From the sequence record DRR723986_4014: a DNA stretch of 37,050 bases. The stretch is one strand, 5' to 3'. The first letter of the stretch is position 1, and every line of letters begins with the position of its first letter. Below are positions 19,594-29,943 of the stretch, piece after piece. The notes under the pieces were generated by a model. It was not told the DNA's origin, searched no databases, and saw only the letters and a list, made by a program, of their open reading frames with translations. A program made the translations under genes and the position numbers.

Positions 19594-21051
19594 CTAGCCT
19601 TGTGATTCAGATTGCTCTTCGCGAGCTGAGCTACTGCCTGCTTCGGAGCTGTCTCGGCCGGACGTATCTCGATCTGGGCGTCCAATGTCCGCAATCGCCG
19701 CCGCTGGTGCAAATTGCTCTCTCGCCGCAACGACCAGTCCGATCACGCCGAACAGAAGACCGTTTTCGATCGGCGAAAACGAGACTTCATGAAAGGCCAT
19801 CTGAATACAATGCACTGCGCCAAGGCAGAGCGCAATCATGGCCAGTGCTCTTGTCCATTTCGGTGCTTCGTTGCTGGTCCACAGGTTCAGGATCTGCATG
19901 ATGGATGCGATCGCAACCATCGCAAACAGCCCGACTCCGACAATTCCCAGATCCGTCAGGAGACTTAGGTAGCTGTTGTGGTGGACGTACCCGCGAATCG
20001 ACTCCAATCGAATGTTGGTGGATCGGTCGGATAGGTACGGTAAGTTGTAAACCTGAAACTGGTTGAATCCAAAGCCTGTGATCGGCTTGTCCTTGAACAT
20101 CTCGATGGAAACATAGGCGAACGCTGCTCGCATGTAGGTGCTCTCACGCGTTTCGGCCGCGCTATACTCCCGCTTGAAAGCAACGAGGTCCGGCCCTTTG
20201 ACTGCGCCGACGAGAATCCCGCCAGTCAACAGTGAAACCAGTGCAAACCGCTTTGGCGTTCCTCGCAGGCAGAAGATGATGAGCAGCATGACCGTGCTGG
20301 CCAATCCCATCCAGATGCTGCGAGTATACGTAAAGAAGATGGCGCCGAACATGATTGGCGTCGCCATCGCGATCGCAAACCAGCGGAACCTGCAGTTGGG
20401 CTTGAGCCAAACGGTGTACATGAGCATTGGCAGCCAGCAAGCAATTAGCACAACACCCAGTCGCACCGATTGCAGCATTGGCCCGCGAGCTCTACCGAAG
20501 TGAATGCCGAGTGTATGATCGCCAATGAAACGCGGCCAAACCAGAGCCCACACCTTTGCGATCTCTAGGAAAGCTGTAACGCCAAGGTAGATTCCGAGTA
20601 TGGCCAACACTGCCAGTGCTGGACGCAGTTGCTTCGGATCCAGCTTGCTTGACCGCAGTGCTGCGTAAATGACAAACGGAATTGCATAGCCGTTGAGCAG
20701 ATGCGCGAGGGTGTCCGGCTGTCCAGGCAGCTCATTTCCGATCGGCTGCGTAATGGTCCGTGCACATAGCCAGGCGAAGAACATGGCGATCGTCACATCG
20801 ACAGCACACGGCCTGGTGAACTTCAGCTTGCCTTGATACCAATTGACGGCAACATGCCCAACGATAGCCAGCAACCACACTCGTTCGAGTGTGACTGTCT
20901 TGCCACCGATGTCGAGTGCCGCAAATTCCCCTGGGAAGACGCACGCAGAGACAAAGAAAAGTGCCGTGGACAGGTAAACGCTACCGTACAAAAGCGCAGC
21001 GATTCCCCAGACTGCGGCTGTTAACGCACCGACGACTAGGAGCAGCTCCAC
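19594..21051 (-). CDS. O-antigen ligase / Wzy_C family membrane protein
   Basis: About 12 TM helices, RARGP, TYTRS, PITGFG, HNSYLSLLTDLG. Confidence 0.88.
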   Translation of the reverse strand: MELLLVVGALTAAVWGIAALLYGSVYLSTALFFVSACVFPGEFAALDIGGKTVTLERVWLLAIVGHVAVNWYQGKLKFTRPCAVDVTIAMFFAWLCARTITQPIGNELPGQPDTLAHLLNGYAIPFVIYAALRSSKLDPKQLRPALAVLAILGIYLGVTAFLEIAKVWALVWPRFIGDHTLGIHFGRARGPMLQSVRLGVVLIACWLPMLMYTVWLKPNCRFRWFAIAMATPIMFGAIFFTYTRSIWMGLASTVMLLIIFCLRGTPKRFALVSLLTGGILVGAVKGPDLVAFKREYSAAETRESTYMRAAFAYVSIEMFKDKPITGFGFNQFQVYNLPYLSDRSTNIRLESIRGYVHHNSYLSLLTDLGIVGVGLFAMVAIASIMQILNLWTSNEAPKWTRALAMIALCLGAVHCIQMAFHEVSFSPIENGLLFGVIGLVVAAREQFAPAAAIADIGRPDRDTSGRDSSEAGSSSAREEQSESQG

Positions 21052-21467
21052 GGCTTCGTATCACTCTATTGCAAGGCAGTATGCTCTTGGCAGTGCATCA
21101 CGCGATGCACGGCTGAATGCAGGACGGGTTCTGTCGCTAAAACGTAGACCGCAGAACGCGACACAGCCGTAGAAGTCACTCGGGCAGATCGCTTTTCGTC
21201 GAATTTTCCACTTGCCACCCTCAAGATTGTCCCAGTGGCCGCGCAGCAACGCCTCTTTGCGTCATCAGCATCGGCACAACCGTTAAAGTTGACCGCCTGT
21301 AGCCCACCGCCCTGCTTGTTCTAACGACGTTTACACCTACTGCTTCCCGAACATACCGCAAGGTTGTAGATGAGCGCAATCCGCGCTCGGCTTCCGCGGC
21401 AGCCACTGGTTGTCTGCATCCAACAAGCCCCAACAATCGATCGCGCCCACGCTCGAAGGCGAAATGC

Positions 21468-22331
21468 ATGAAAGATCAAGCACTCTGGCTCTACCGACGA
21501 TTAACGGCCCGAAGTCGATCGAAACTGCTCAACAGTCTCCGCGATGAAGGCAATGTCCCCGTCGCGGTGCTCTTCTACCATCGTGTCTCGGATCGTCATC
21601 CGAACGATTGGACGATCGGATGCGACGATTTTGCCCGCCACTTAGACTGGCTCCAAGAGAATTATGATGTCGTTTCGCTGGAGGAAGCCCAACTGCGGAC
21701 CCAAAGCAAGTTCTGTGATCGGCCCACGGTAGCCATTACCTTTGACGATGGGTACGCCGACAACGGTGATTTCGCAATCCCAGAGCTTGCGCGACGCGGA
21801 CTAACGGCCACTTACTTCGTATCAACAGACTTCGTCAAAACGGGTCGAACATTTCCACACGACGCCAAAGCAGAACTACCGCTTTCGCCGAACACGTTCG
21901 ACCAATTACGCGAGTACGTTGACCTCGGTATAGAAATCGGCGCTCATACTCGCACCCACTGTGACCTCGGCCAAGTCACGATTGAGTCGCAGATTCGGGA
22001 TGAAATCGTTGGAAGTGTCAGCGACCTTGAAACATGGCTCGGACAACCGATTCGCTACTTTGCATTTCCCTACGGTCTGCCTCACAACACATCTCAAGAA
22101 GCCGTCGACATCATCAAAGAAATCGGCTTGAAGGGCTTCTGCACTGCTTACGGCGCGTGGAACTGGCCCGGCAGCGGCGGTTTCCACCTTCGCAGAATCC
22201 ACGCCGATCCCGGCATGGAACGCTTACGAAACTGGCTGACCCTCGACTCCAGAAAACTTGAGGACAGTCAACAACTTCCGTTCACTGAGCCGGAAGTTGA
22301 CGAGTTGCAAATGACCAGTGAATTGATGTAG
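21468..22331 (+). CDS. Polysaccharide deacetylase (CE4/NodB family)
   Basis: YHRV, TFDDGYAD, GAHTRTH, FAFPYG. Confidence 0.92.
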   Translation: MKDQALWLYRRLTARSRSKLLNSLRDEGNVPVAVLFYHRVSDRHPNDWTIGCDDFARHLDWLQENYDVVSLEEAQLRTQSKFCDRPTVAITFDDGYADNGDFAIPELARRGLTATYFVSTDFVKTGRTFPHDAKAELPLSPNTFDQLREYVDLGIEIGAHTRTHCDLGQVTIESQIRDEIVGSVSDLETWLGQPIRYFAFPYGLPHNTSQEAVDIIKEIGLKGFCTAYGAWNWPGSGGFHLRRIHADPGMERLRNWLTLDSRKLEDSQQLPFTEPEVDELQMTSELM

Positions 22332-22412
22332 TTGCCCAATAGAATGCGCGAGTGCCAAGTGCGTTCTCTTGTAAATGATTGTGCCCATTAGTTTCAAAGA
22401 TAAGTTCATCCG

Positions 22413-23666
22413 ATGACACACACAAACAGTGCACCTCGAAAGATGCGAGTCAAGTTCGTCATCACTAGCCTCCCTGTCGGCGGTGCTGAAGTGCTACTGT
22501 ACAACTTGATCTCACGGATGAACCGAGACGCCTTCGACGTCGAAGTAGTCTGCCTGAAAGAAGCCGGAGCGATGGGGCCTCAGTTTGCAGAGGTCGCCAG
22601 AGTTCACACAGACTTGCTTCGGTGGAAGTACGACGCAACCATTCTCCCAAGACTGTCGAAGTTGCTCAGCGACACCGATGCGGTTGTTACCGTTGGCGCT
22701 GGCGACAAAATGTTCTGGGGACGGCTGGCGGCAAAGTTGGCGAAGGTTCCTGTGATTTGCAGCGCGTTGCACTCCACGGGTTGGCCCGACGGTGTCGGAC
22801 GCCTCAATCGACTCCTTACTCCGATCACAACAGCTTTTATCGCATGTGCCAACCAGCATGCCGAACATCTATCCGATGTAGAGGGCTTCCCGCGGGCCAA
22901 GGTGCACGTCGTGCCAAACGGGGTGAATGTGAATCGGTTCCGCCCTGCCGAGCACCTCCGCAGTGAGATTTGCAACGAACTTGAGATTCCTCGTAACGCC
23001 TCACTTATTGGAATTGTTGCAGCGCTCCGCGAGGAAAAGAATCACAAGCAGTTTCTCGCTGCTGCAAATCGGATTATTCACAAGTACGGTGACACAGCAC
23101 ACTTTCTCATCGTTGGCGATGGACCAGAACGAGCGTTGATCGAGGATGAAGTTACCTCGCTAGGAATTGGCAACAACGTGCATCTACTGGGCAGTCGGCA
23201 AGATACCGATCGAATACTTCCAGCTCTCGACGTATTCTGCCTGACATCCAAAATGGAAGCCAACCCGGTCTCGATTCTAGAGGCACTTAGTTGTGGTGTG
23301 CCTGTTGTTGCTCCCAATGTCGGCAGCATCTCCGAGTCGGTCCTTCACGGCAAAACCGGATACTTGACGCAGCCGCTGTGCCACATTTCAACGTCTGAAG
23401 CCGTGCTTGCACTATTGGATTCCCCAGCCGACGCAAGAAAGATGGGCGTCGAGGGCAGATTGCTCGTCACACAAGGAGCGTCGCTTGAGCACATGGTGCA
23501 GGGCTACGAAAACCTGCTCACCGTCCACTACAACGCTTGGCGAATCAACCGTGATCTCGGCGAGTGGAATCAGCCGGCTTGTGGAGTCGATGGGCTAGGC
23601 CAACGTCTGCTGGAAGAAGCCCACGCTTGCCAACTACAAACCGAAGACGAAATCACCCCCACTTAG
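22413..23666 (+). CDS. Glycosyltransferase family 4 (GT-B fold)
   Basis: GGAE, VPNGV, EKNH, VGDGPER, EANPVSILEALSCGVPVV (EX7E motif). Confidence 0.93.
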   Translation: MTHTNSAPRKMRVKFVITSLPVGGAEVLLYNLISRMNRDAFDVEVVCLKEAGAMGPQFAEVARVHTDLLRWKYDATILPRLSKLLSDTDAVVTVGAGDKMFWGRLAAKLAKVPVICSALHSTGWPDGVGRLNRLLTPITTAFIACANQHAEHLSDVEGFPRAKVHVVPNGVNVNRFRPAEHLRSEICNELEIPRNASLIGIVAALREEKNHKQFLAAANRIIHKYGDTAHFLIVGDGPERALIEDEVTSLGIGNNVHLLGSRQDTDRILPALDVFCLTSKMEANPVSILEALSCGVPVVAPNVGSISESVLHGKTGYLTQPLCHISTSEAVLALLDSPADARKMGVEGRLLVTQGASLEHMVQGYENLLTVHYNAWRINRDLGEWNQPACGVDGLGQRLLEEAHACQLQTEDEITPT

Positions 23667-23850
23667 AACACTTGTTTGTATCGCAATAAAGTCCAGCACG
23701 CGGCCAATCCAGCGGTCTTGATGCTGACTCTTGCGATGAAGCGCTTTGCCAGCACTTCGCTTCCAACTCGCGTTGCCAGATGCTTCCAGCACGAACCGCG
23801 CACACAATTGCCCCTGCCCCAATGCCGACCGTCGGAAGGAGAGATTGATT

Positions 23851-24252
23851 ATGTCACTTCAAGCCAACCCCAACTGCTCAACCGCTGAACGCAGCCAAGG
23901 CCATTCGCGTGATGAACAGCTCGCAGAGTATCGGATGCGATTGATCAGTCGGCGTGATCGCGTTCGCGCGGCACTCCTCGGCGAAGGCAACTTTCCTGAG
24001 GAACAGTTCGCTAGCGGGGGCGACGAGGCTGACATTGCTAGCACACTTGCGACCGGCGAGATGCGGCAAGCGATTCAACAAGCCGGATCGGAGCAACTCG
24101 CAACACTCAACGACGCACTGTCGCGTGTCAACGAAAGTGACTTTGGCAACTGCGCTGACTGCGGCGAGCCAATCCCGCTCGAACGCTTGGAAGCAATTCC
24201 GCATGCTGTCTGCTGCGTCGGCTGTCAATCGAAACGCGAATCGGCAACCTAA
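23851..24252 (+). CDS. DksA/TraR family C4 zinc-finger transcription factor
   Basis: Coiled-coil tip DEADIA (DxxDxA) and CADC..IPLERLEAIP..CVGC. Start at ATG 23851 after GGAAGGAG. Confidence 0.9.
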   Translation: MSLQANPNCSTAERSQGHSRDEQLAEYRMRLISRRDRVRAALLGEGNFPEEQFASGGDEADIASTLATGEMRQAIQQAGSEQLATLNDALSRVNESDFGNCADCGEPIPLERLEAIPHAVCCVGCQSKRESAT

Positions 24253-24552
24253 CGGGCAAGCCCTACGGGTCACTCAGGGGCATACAACCAGCCATTCGAC
24301 TAGCCAAGGTCCGCGGCGTCTTCGCCTGCGCGACACATTCTCACAAGGCAGCACGGCTCAGCTAGGCCGCAAAGTCAGCCCGTGTTGCCCCAGTCGAATA
24401 TTGCCAGTTCTCGGAAGAATCCTTCCCAAGCGAACCGACGTTGGTGATAACGGTTCGCTCGATTAACGCCCTCAGCGCGATTGTAGCGATTTTGTGACAG
24501 TCCAATCGCGGATACTGCATTGCCATTCTCGGCAGGTGAACAGACAAAGGGT

Positions 24553-27500
24553 ATGCGACACACTCGTACCAACCAGACCTGCCCCAAAGCCGACTCAGCC
24601 GCTTCCTTCGCTTGGCTGAACCACGCGATGATCGCGTCGTTTCTGATTGCTGGCACCGCCGTGATCGGAGCGTTAACTGGCTGCAAGCGGTCCGCGCACT
24701 TCCGCAATGCCGACCGGGATGCGTATTCGATTCTGAGTGAGAAGGCAGGCGGACCGACCTGGCAACTTGAGAACAGTTACAACGTCCGGCCAGACGTTCG
24801 AAGCCGGTTCCATGATCCTACGTGCTATACCGACCCGACGCTCCCGGCTCCAGCACCTCAGCTATACAACTATCAGATGCCAGGCTTGGCCACTCCCCAA
24901 GCTCAGCCGCGAGAATTGCAAGCGCCGACTACCGAGCAGTTTGAGCTATCGGAGTTGAGTTCAAACATCGACCATGGGTCACCCTTCAAGCTCACAAGCT
25001 CGACGCGGACTCTCAACCATCAAGCTTCAGAACAATCGCCACTCGACAGCGGTCTTCTAGTCGCCGTACTGAGAACCCAAGACGGCAACGCAGAAGAACT
25101 TCCCGTTCCGTCTGAGGAAACGAAGAAGGAAGTCTACTCCGTCAAGCCGAACCCGATCCCGACGGATGTATGGGCATCTTTGCCGACAGCATGCCTTGAA
25201 AGGATGCTCGAATTCGAAGCCGTACGCGAAGAGTACTTCGAATCCTTCGAGCGGCCCGTTTCTGAGTCGCAACTTGATGACGCGCAGCGGGTTACACTTG
25301 AGAACATCCTCGAACTAGCGTTGATCAACAATCGAGCCTACCAGACTCGCAAAGAAACGCTCTATCGAACCGCTTTGGCGCTCAGCTTAGAACGATTCCA
25401 ATACGACCTGCGGTTCTTCTCGCGCGGCAACGGCACCGACATAGGGTACATTCACAATCGCGTCGGCGGGATCGAGGTGAACACACTTCGCACGCCAACA
25501 ACGGTGGGCGTCACAAAATCGCTCTATTCCGCGGGCGAGCTGGCAGCTCGATTCGCCAACGACGTCGTTTTAACTTTCAATGGAGCGACAGGCTACTCGT
25601 CTCGCGTGGGTTCAGAAATTCTGATCGACCTCAGTCAGCCTCTGCTGCAACGCGACGTGCAGTTTGAGCCACTGACACAGTCTGAACGAGACGTCGTGTA
25701 CGCAGCACGCGACTATGTCCGCTTCCGAAAAACACTCTTTCGCGACCTGGCAAATCGTTACTACAACCTGCTTCTGACTTACCGTAACATTGCCATTGAT
25801 ACCCAGGATTACTTCAGTAATCTGCGTGGCTTTTTGAGAGCCGGTGAGCTTGAGAGCATTGGGGACATCCCGCGTTTTCAGGTCGACCAGTTTGAGCAGT
25901 TTGCTCTGGCGAGTCGCGGGAACTTGATCGACAGTTGTAACAACCTGGAAGGCGCGATCGACCGCCTGAAGTTTGAAGTTGGGCTTCCGACCGAGATGCC
26001 ACTCAACCTGGACCTGTCGGAGCTGGAGACGCTCACCATTCGCGACGAAGCGGCCGTGGTTGAGGAGCAAGTTCGCCGGAAAATGGCCTTCGTTGGTCTA
26101 CAACTCAACCGCTACGGAGTCCAGGGAAGCTTGCCTTTGGCGGCGGAACTCATTCGACGACTGCAGAACCTGGATCGACTCACGCAATCGCTTGAATCAG
26201 AAGACTCTGTTTCCTACACCGCGACGCTTCAAAAGCTGCTCATGCAAGCCGAGCTCGAAGCGAGCCGTATCGATGCCATCCAGGCGCGAATCCGCCTAAC
26301 GGAGTTGACTGCTTCGGAAGACATCAAAGTCGAGCAGCTACTGCCGCAGGTCTTCGATCGAAACGTGGACTACCTCGAAAAACGCATCCAGGCGATGGAA
26401 GACGAGCTGGAGCTCTTGGTTGTGCTGCTCCGTGAAAACGATGCCGGTGATCAAGACACGCAGCAGATGAAGAACCTCGTCGTAAAACTCGAATCCGCGA
26501 TCAACGAAGTGGACTCGATACTCTCCGAGCACGAACGCGTTCGTTTGCAAACGGCAGCGCTGTTGGAGTTCTTGCCTGAGGCGGTGAACAGACAGAATGT
26601 CGCGGCCGACCGACTCTCCGCCTTGGATTCCGCTATCACAGCCGCGCTTGCCAAGCAGGGCTATCCGGTTGCATTGGGCGACGTGCAGTGGCGGCAATTG
26701 ACGCAGTTGGTCATGGAGACCGCCAGTGAGTTCCTCTCAACTTCCTCTCAAGGACTTGTTCCCGTTGAAGTCGAGGTTGACACCGCCATGCTGACCGCAC
26801 TGGTACAGCGACTCGATTTGATGAACGCAAGAGGCGACCTCGCCGATGCTTGGCGAGACGTTAAGTTCGCTGGTGACAATCTTCGCGGTATTTTGAACAT
26901 CGAAGCGTCCCAATCAATACGCACACGCCTTGGCAGCAACAACCCTTTCGATTTTTCGTTCGACGATAGCACCACATCTTTGGGCCTCAGAGTTGACACG
27001 CCATTGAACCGGCGTGCCGAACGAAACCTGTTCCGACTTGCATTGATCAATTACAATCTCGCCCTTCGCAACGTGCAACAGGCCGAGGATAGTATCAAGC
27101 TGAGTATTCGCGACGGACTGCGTTCGCTGGAGCTTGGCCGTAATCAGTATGAGATCTCGGTCGCGAGTGCGGCTTTGGCTTACGAACGTGTTGTCAGCAC
27201 CCGTTTGCAACTGCTCGCGCCTGGACGCAGCGACGTTTCGGCACGTGACGTCTTGGAATCGCAACAGGCCTACACGCAATCGCTCAGCTCGGTGGCTCGT
27301 CAACATATTCGGTACATTACCGACCGAGTGGATTTTTTCCTCGACCTCGAACAACTTCAAGTTGACGAGCAGTTGTTCTGGAGCGAGCTCCGCATCGAGG
27401 AGTCGCCGTTTATCCCTGCTGCTGACTTCCCCGCAGCCAATCCTCGACCTTATGGCACTTTGCCGACTGGCCCATGGTACAGTGATTGCATCCGCCGAAT

Positions 27501-27753
27501 GGAGCGTATCGGTCCTGGGCAAGCCATGATTCACCGCGCACCTGAATCTGACCGCGAAAGCCAGAATTCTGCGCCCAATTCTGATCTCGCTCCAGCCATC
27601 AATAATAGTGCGGCGGACGGACCAGTTCCACCCGCAACACGCGACTTGGAACTGCCCAGCGATGGCACTTTCCCTGACGATGGAGCCACCGCAGTGCCGG
27701 CTCAGCCGTTGAATTTGGAGATTGCTCCAAGCGGTGCCGCCTCTACGGAGTGA
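24553..27753 (+). CDS. Very large TolC/outer-membrane efflux family lipoprotein (start uncertain, 24520-24628)
   Basis: Lipobox LTGC, TLENILELALINNRAYQ, LSQPLL, LANRYYNLL, ALVQRLDLMN, VDTPLNRRAERN, ARDVLESQ. Two OEP-like repeats; low-complexity tail. Confidence 0.8.
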   Translation: MRHTRTNQTCPKADSAASFAWLNHAMIASFLIAGTAVIGALTGCKRSAHFRNADRDAYSILSEKAGGPTWQLENSYNVRPDVRSRFHDPTCYTDPTLPAPAPQLYNYQMPGLATPQAQPRELQAPTTEQFELSELSSNIDHGSPFKLTSSTRTLNHQASEQSPLDSGLLVAVLRTQDGNAEELPVPSEETKKEVYSVKPNPIPTDVWASLPTACLERMLEFEAVREEYFESFERPVSESQLDDAQRVTLENILELALINNRAYQTRKETLYRTALALSLERFQYDLRFFSRGNGTDIGYIHNRVGGIEVNTLRTPTTVGVTKSLYSAGELAARFANDVVLTFNGATGYSSRVGSEILIDLSQPLLQRDVQFEPLTQSERDVVYAARDYVRFRKTLFRDLANRYYNLLLTYRNIAIDTQDYFSNLRGFLRAGELESIGDIPRFQVDQFEQFALASRGNLIDSCNNLEGAIDRLKFEVGLPTEMPLNLDLSELETLTIRDEAAVVEEQVRRKMAFVGLQLNRYGVQGSLPLAAELIRRLQNLDRLTQSLESEDSVSYTATLQKLLMQAELEASRIDAIQARIRLTELTASEDIKVEQLLPQVFDRNVDYLEKRIQAMEDELELLVVLLRENDAGDQDTQQMKNLVVKLESAINEVDSILSEHERVRLQTAALLEFLPEAVNRQNVAADRLSALDSAITAALAKQGYPVALGDVQWRQLTQLVMETASEFLSTSSQGLVPVEVEVDTAMLTALVQRLDLMNARGDLADAWRDVKFAGDNLRGILNIEASQSIRTRLGSNNPFDFSFDDSTTSLGLRVDTPLNRRAERNLFRLALINYNLALRNVQQAEDSIKLSIRDGLRSLELGRNQYEISVASAALAYERVVSTRLQLLAPGRSDVSARDVLESQQAYTQSLSSVARQHIRYITDRVDFFLDLEQLQVDEQLFWSELRIEESPFIPAADFPAANPRPYGTLPTGPWYSDCIRRMERIGPGQAMIHRAPESDRESQNSAPNSDLAPAINNSAADGPVPPATRDLELPSDGTFPDDGATAVPAQPLNLEIAPSGAASTE

Positions 27754-28080
27754 TCGAGCGACGCGGCTGCTGCGAAGGTGCGCGCACTTTAGCTCTATCC
27801 TGCCGGCAAGTCCTTCCACACTAGTCGTGAAGCGTCTCGCGGTGAGCGGATACCTCGTATAATCGGACGAAAGGCCAACTAGCACGGCGGCCCAGCGGTC
27901 TGGCTCGTCGTCGTTGACGGCCGAAGAATCCGCAGGCGGAGCATTCGTGGCCGGTGACGAGGTCCCGGGACGTCCCCCGCCTGGAAGCCGCCCAATAGCA
28001 AACAGGCCGCTTTACAACACAGCTCAACACAATAGTGCGGCGGTGGATCCGACCTACGGAAATCATTACGGCGAAAGAAC

Positions 28081-29604
28081 ATGCTCGACTGGATCAACGA
28101 ACTCATCGAATCCGACTTCTCCGCGCCCAAGAAAAGCCTTCTGCCACGAGGTTTGGAACGAACTTTAAAGCAACTGCTCAAGGACTGCCAAACCCTTTAT
28201 CGCGAAGCCGCACACAAAACGGTTGCGGAGAAATCCGCCGTTGGGCAGGAGGCACAGCGAATCTGTGAATTGATGGAGGACCTGCATGGCGGCATCATCG
28301 TCAAAACGCTTGTCGAAATAGCCTACTGCGACAAGCGATGGAATCAGGTCGAACGAGAAGCCGCCAAAATCGTTCTGTCCCATGTTTGGGATGTCTCGGT
28401 GACGGGCAAAGGCATGTCCGACGCGTTGAAGAATATAATTCGTCACGCAGAAACACTGAAATGGAGCGACCTAACGCGTCCCTTTGTCAGAGAATCGTTT
28501 CTGCATCATGACCGCGGCGAGTTGCAATCCATCGTACTTCGGCTTGCGAATTTGATCGCAAAGGTCGATGGGCGGGTTTCTACAGCCGAAACGCAGCGAT
28601 TGGAAGAGTTGCGTCGTGACCTGGATCTAGCATTGTTTCAAAAATCAGTCCGCTCTCGGGATGGAAAACTGCAAGCCCAGCAGGAACAAGAGGCTGATTC
28701 GGAGAGCACGGACAGCGAAGGCAGCTCGGATGCATCGACCGACCGACCGCAGCCGGCGACAGCCTCTGAACGCAAGGAGATGTTCGACGAGGCGATGGCG
28801 GAGCTCGATTCCCTGATTGGCTTGGATACGATCAAGCAGGACATTAAACAGTTGGTGGATTTCTTGCGTGTTCAGGCCGCGCGGAAGGAGCATGGCTTGC
28901 CTGCCGCGACGGTCAGCCTGCATGCTGTTTTCGAGGGGAATCCGGGCACGGGCAAGACAACAGTCGCACGGATCGTCTCACGGCTGCTGTGCGGCCTTGG
29001 CATTCTCGAATCAGGACAAACGATCGAAACGGACCGAGGTGGATTGGTGGCTCAGTACGCTGGGCAAACCGCACCGCGTACAAATGAACGCATCGAACAA
29101 GCAATGGGAGGCGTTCTGTTTGTCGACGAAGCTTACAGTCTTGTGGGCGGGCGTGGCGAAGACACTTATGGCGAAGAGGCGTTGCAGACGCTCCTGAAAC
29201 GCATGGAGGATGATCGCGAGCAATTTGTTGTCGTGATCGCTGGCTACCCCAAACCGATGGAAAACCTGCTCAAGTCCAACCCGGGGCTGACGTCTCGCTT
29301 CCAACGAACTTATGCCTTCCCGGACTATCACGAGAAAGATTTATTGCGGATCTTCTACGTCTTCTGCAAGAAGTACCACTACCGTTTGCCGAAGCCCACC
29401 CGAATCAAGCTTCTCAACGGCTTTAAGCACATGGTCGCGAACAAGGACGAGCACTTTGGCAACGGTCGATTGGCTCGCAACATTTTTGAAGAGTCCATTC
29501 GTCACATGTCCTCTCGTATCGTCAGTCTGCCTTCCCTCTCGCGCGAAGTTCTCGTAACCATCCAGCCCGAGGACGTCATCTTCAAAGCCCCACGCCCCAG
29601 CTAG
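28081..29604 (+). CDS. AAA+ ATPase of the SpoVK/CbbX/EccA clade with N-terminal TerB-like domain
   Basis: LDSLIGL, Walker A GNPGTGKT, Walker B LFVDEAY, SNPGLTSRF, FGNGRLARN. N-terminal IAYCDKRWNQVE and IAKVDGRVSTAE TerB-like motifs. Confidence 0.9.
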   Translation: MLDWINELIESDFSAPKKSLLPRGLERTLKQLLKDCQTLYREAAHKTVAEKSAVGQEAQRICELMEDLHGGIIVKTLVEIAYCDKRWNQVEREAAKIVLSHVWDVSVTGKGMSDALKNIIRHAETLKWSDLTRPFVRESFLHHDRGELQSIVLRLANLIAKVDGRVSTAETQRLEELRRDLDLALFQKSVRSRDGKLQAQQEQEADSESTDSEGSSDASTDRPQPATASERKEMFDEAMAELDSLIGLDTIKQDIKQLVDFLRVQAARKEHGLPAATVSLHAVFEGNPGTGKTTVARIVSRLLCGLGILESGQTIETDRGGLVAQYAGQTAPRTNERIEQAMGGVLFVDEAYSLVGGRGEDTYGEEALQTLLKRMEDDREQFVVVIAGYPKPMENLLKSNPGLTSRFQRTYAFPDYHEKDLLRIFYVFCKKYHYRLPKPTRIKLLNGFKHMVANKDEHFGNGRLARNIFEESIRHMSSRIVSLPSLSREVLVTIQPEDVIFKAPRPS

Positions 29605-29719
29605 AGCGGGCGACAGTGATCTGCTTGTCTCCACTTTTGAGCGTTTGATTAGCGACGCAATTGACGCGTATTGCTGACAACGTAAAAAAGCGGACAATAC
29701 TACTGTTCAACCTGGCTCT

Positions 29720-29835
29720 ACCACGGTCTTAGCGTGGGTAAAACCCACCAACTAAGTTCCGTCATAGTCGTAGGGTGGGTGCAACCCACCAATCCAATTC
29801 GGTCACGGTCGTAGGGGTGCAACCCACCAATCCGC
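29720..29835 (+). repeat. Three tandem ~41-bp units, each carrying a GTAG-type REP-like hairpin
   Basis: Units start at 29720, 29761 and 29802. Best copy is GTAG-GGTGGGT-GCA-ACCCACC. Copy 1 is diverged (TTAGCGTGGGTAAAACCCACC) and copy 3 has a 4-nt deletion. Confidence 0.8.
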
Positions 29836-29943
29836 CTTGACAGTGGCTCTCGACCCGGCACTAACCCGGTAGAACCAACGAAGCAATCATAACTCCTCAC
29901 TGCATCTCCCCCCAAACTCATCAAGCCGCATTGGAGCTACAAC

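Noticed and set aside
26914..27885. 323-aa minus-strand ORF
   Set aside because: Antisense shadow of the TolC-like gene with no domain features.
29720..29835. Mini CRISPR array
   Set aside because: The sequences between palindromes are themselves similar (tandem repeat, no unique spacers), the period is only 41 bp and there are no cas genes.
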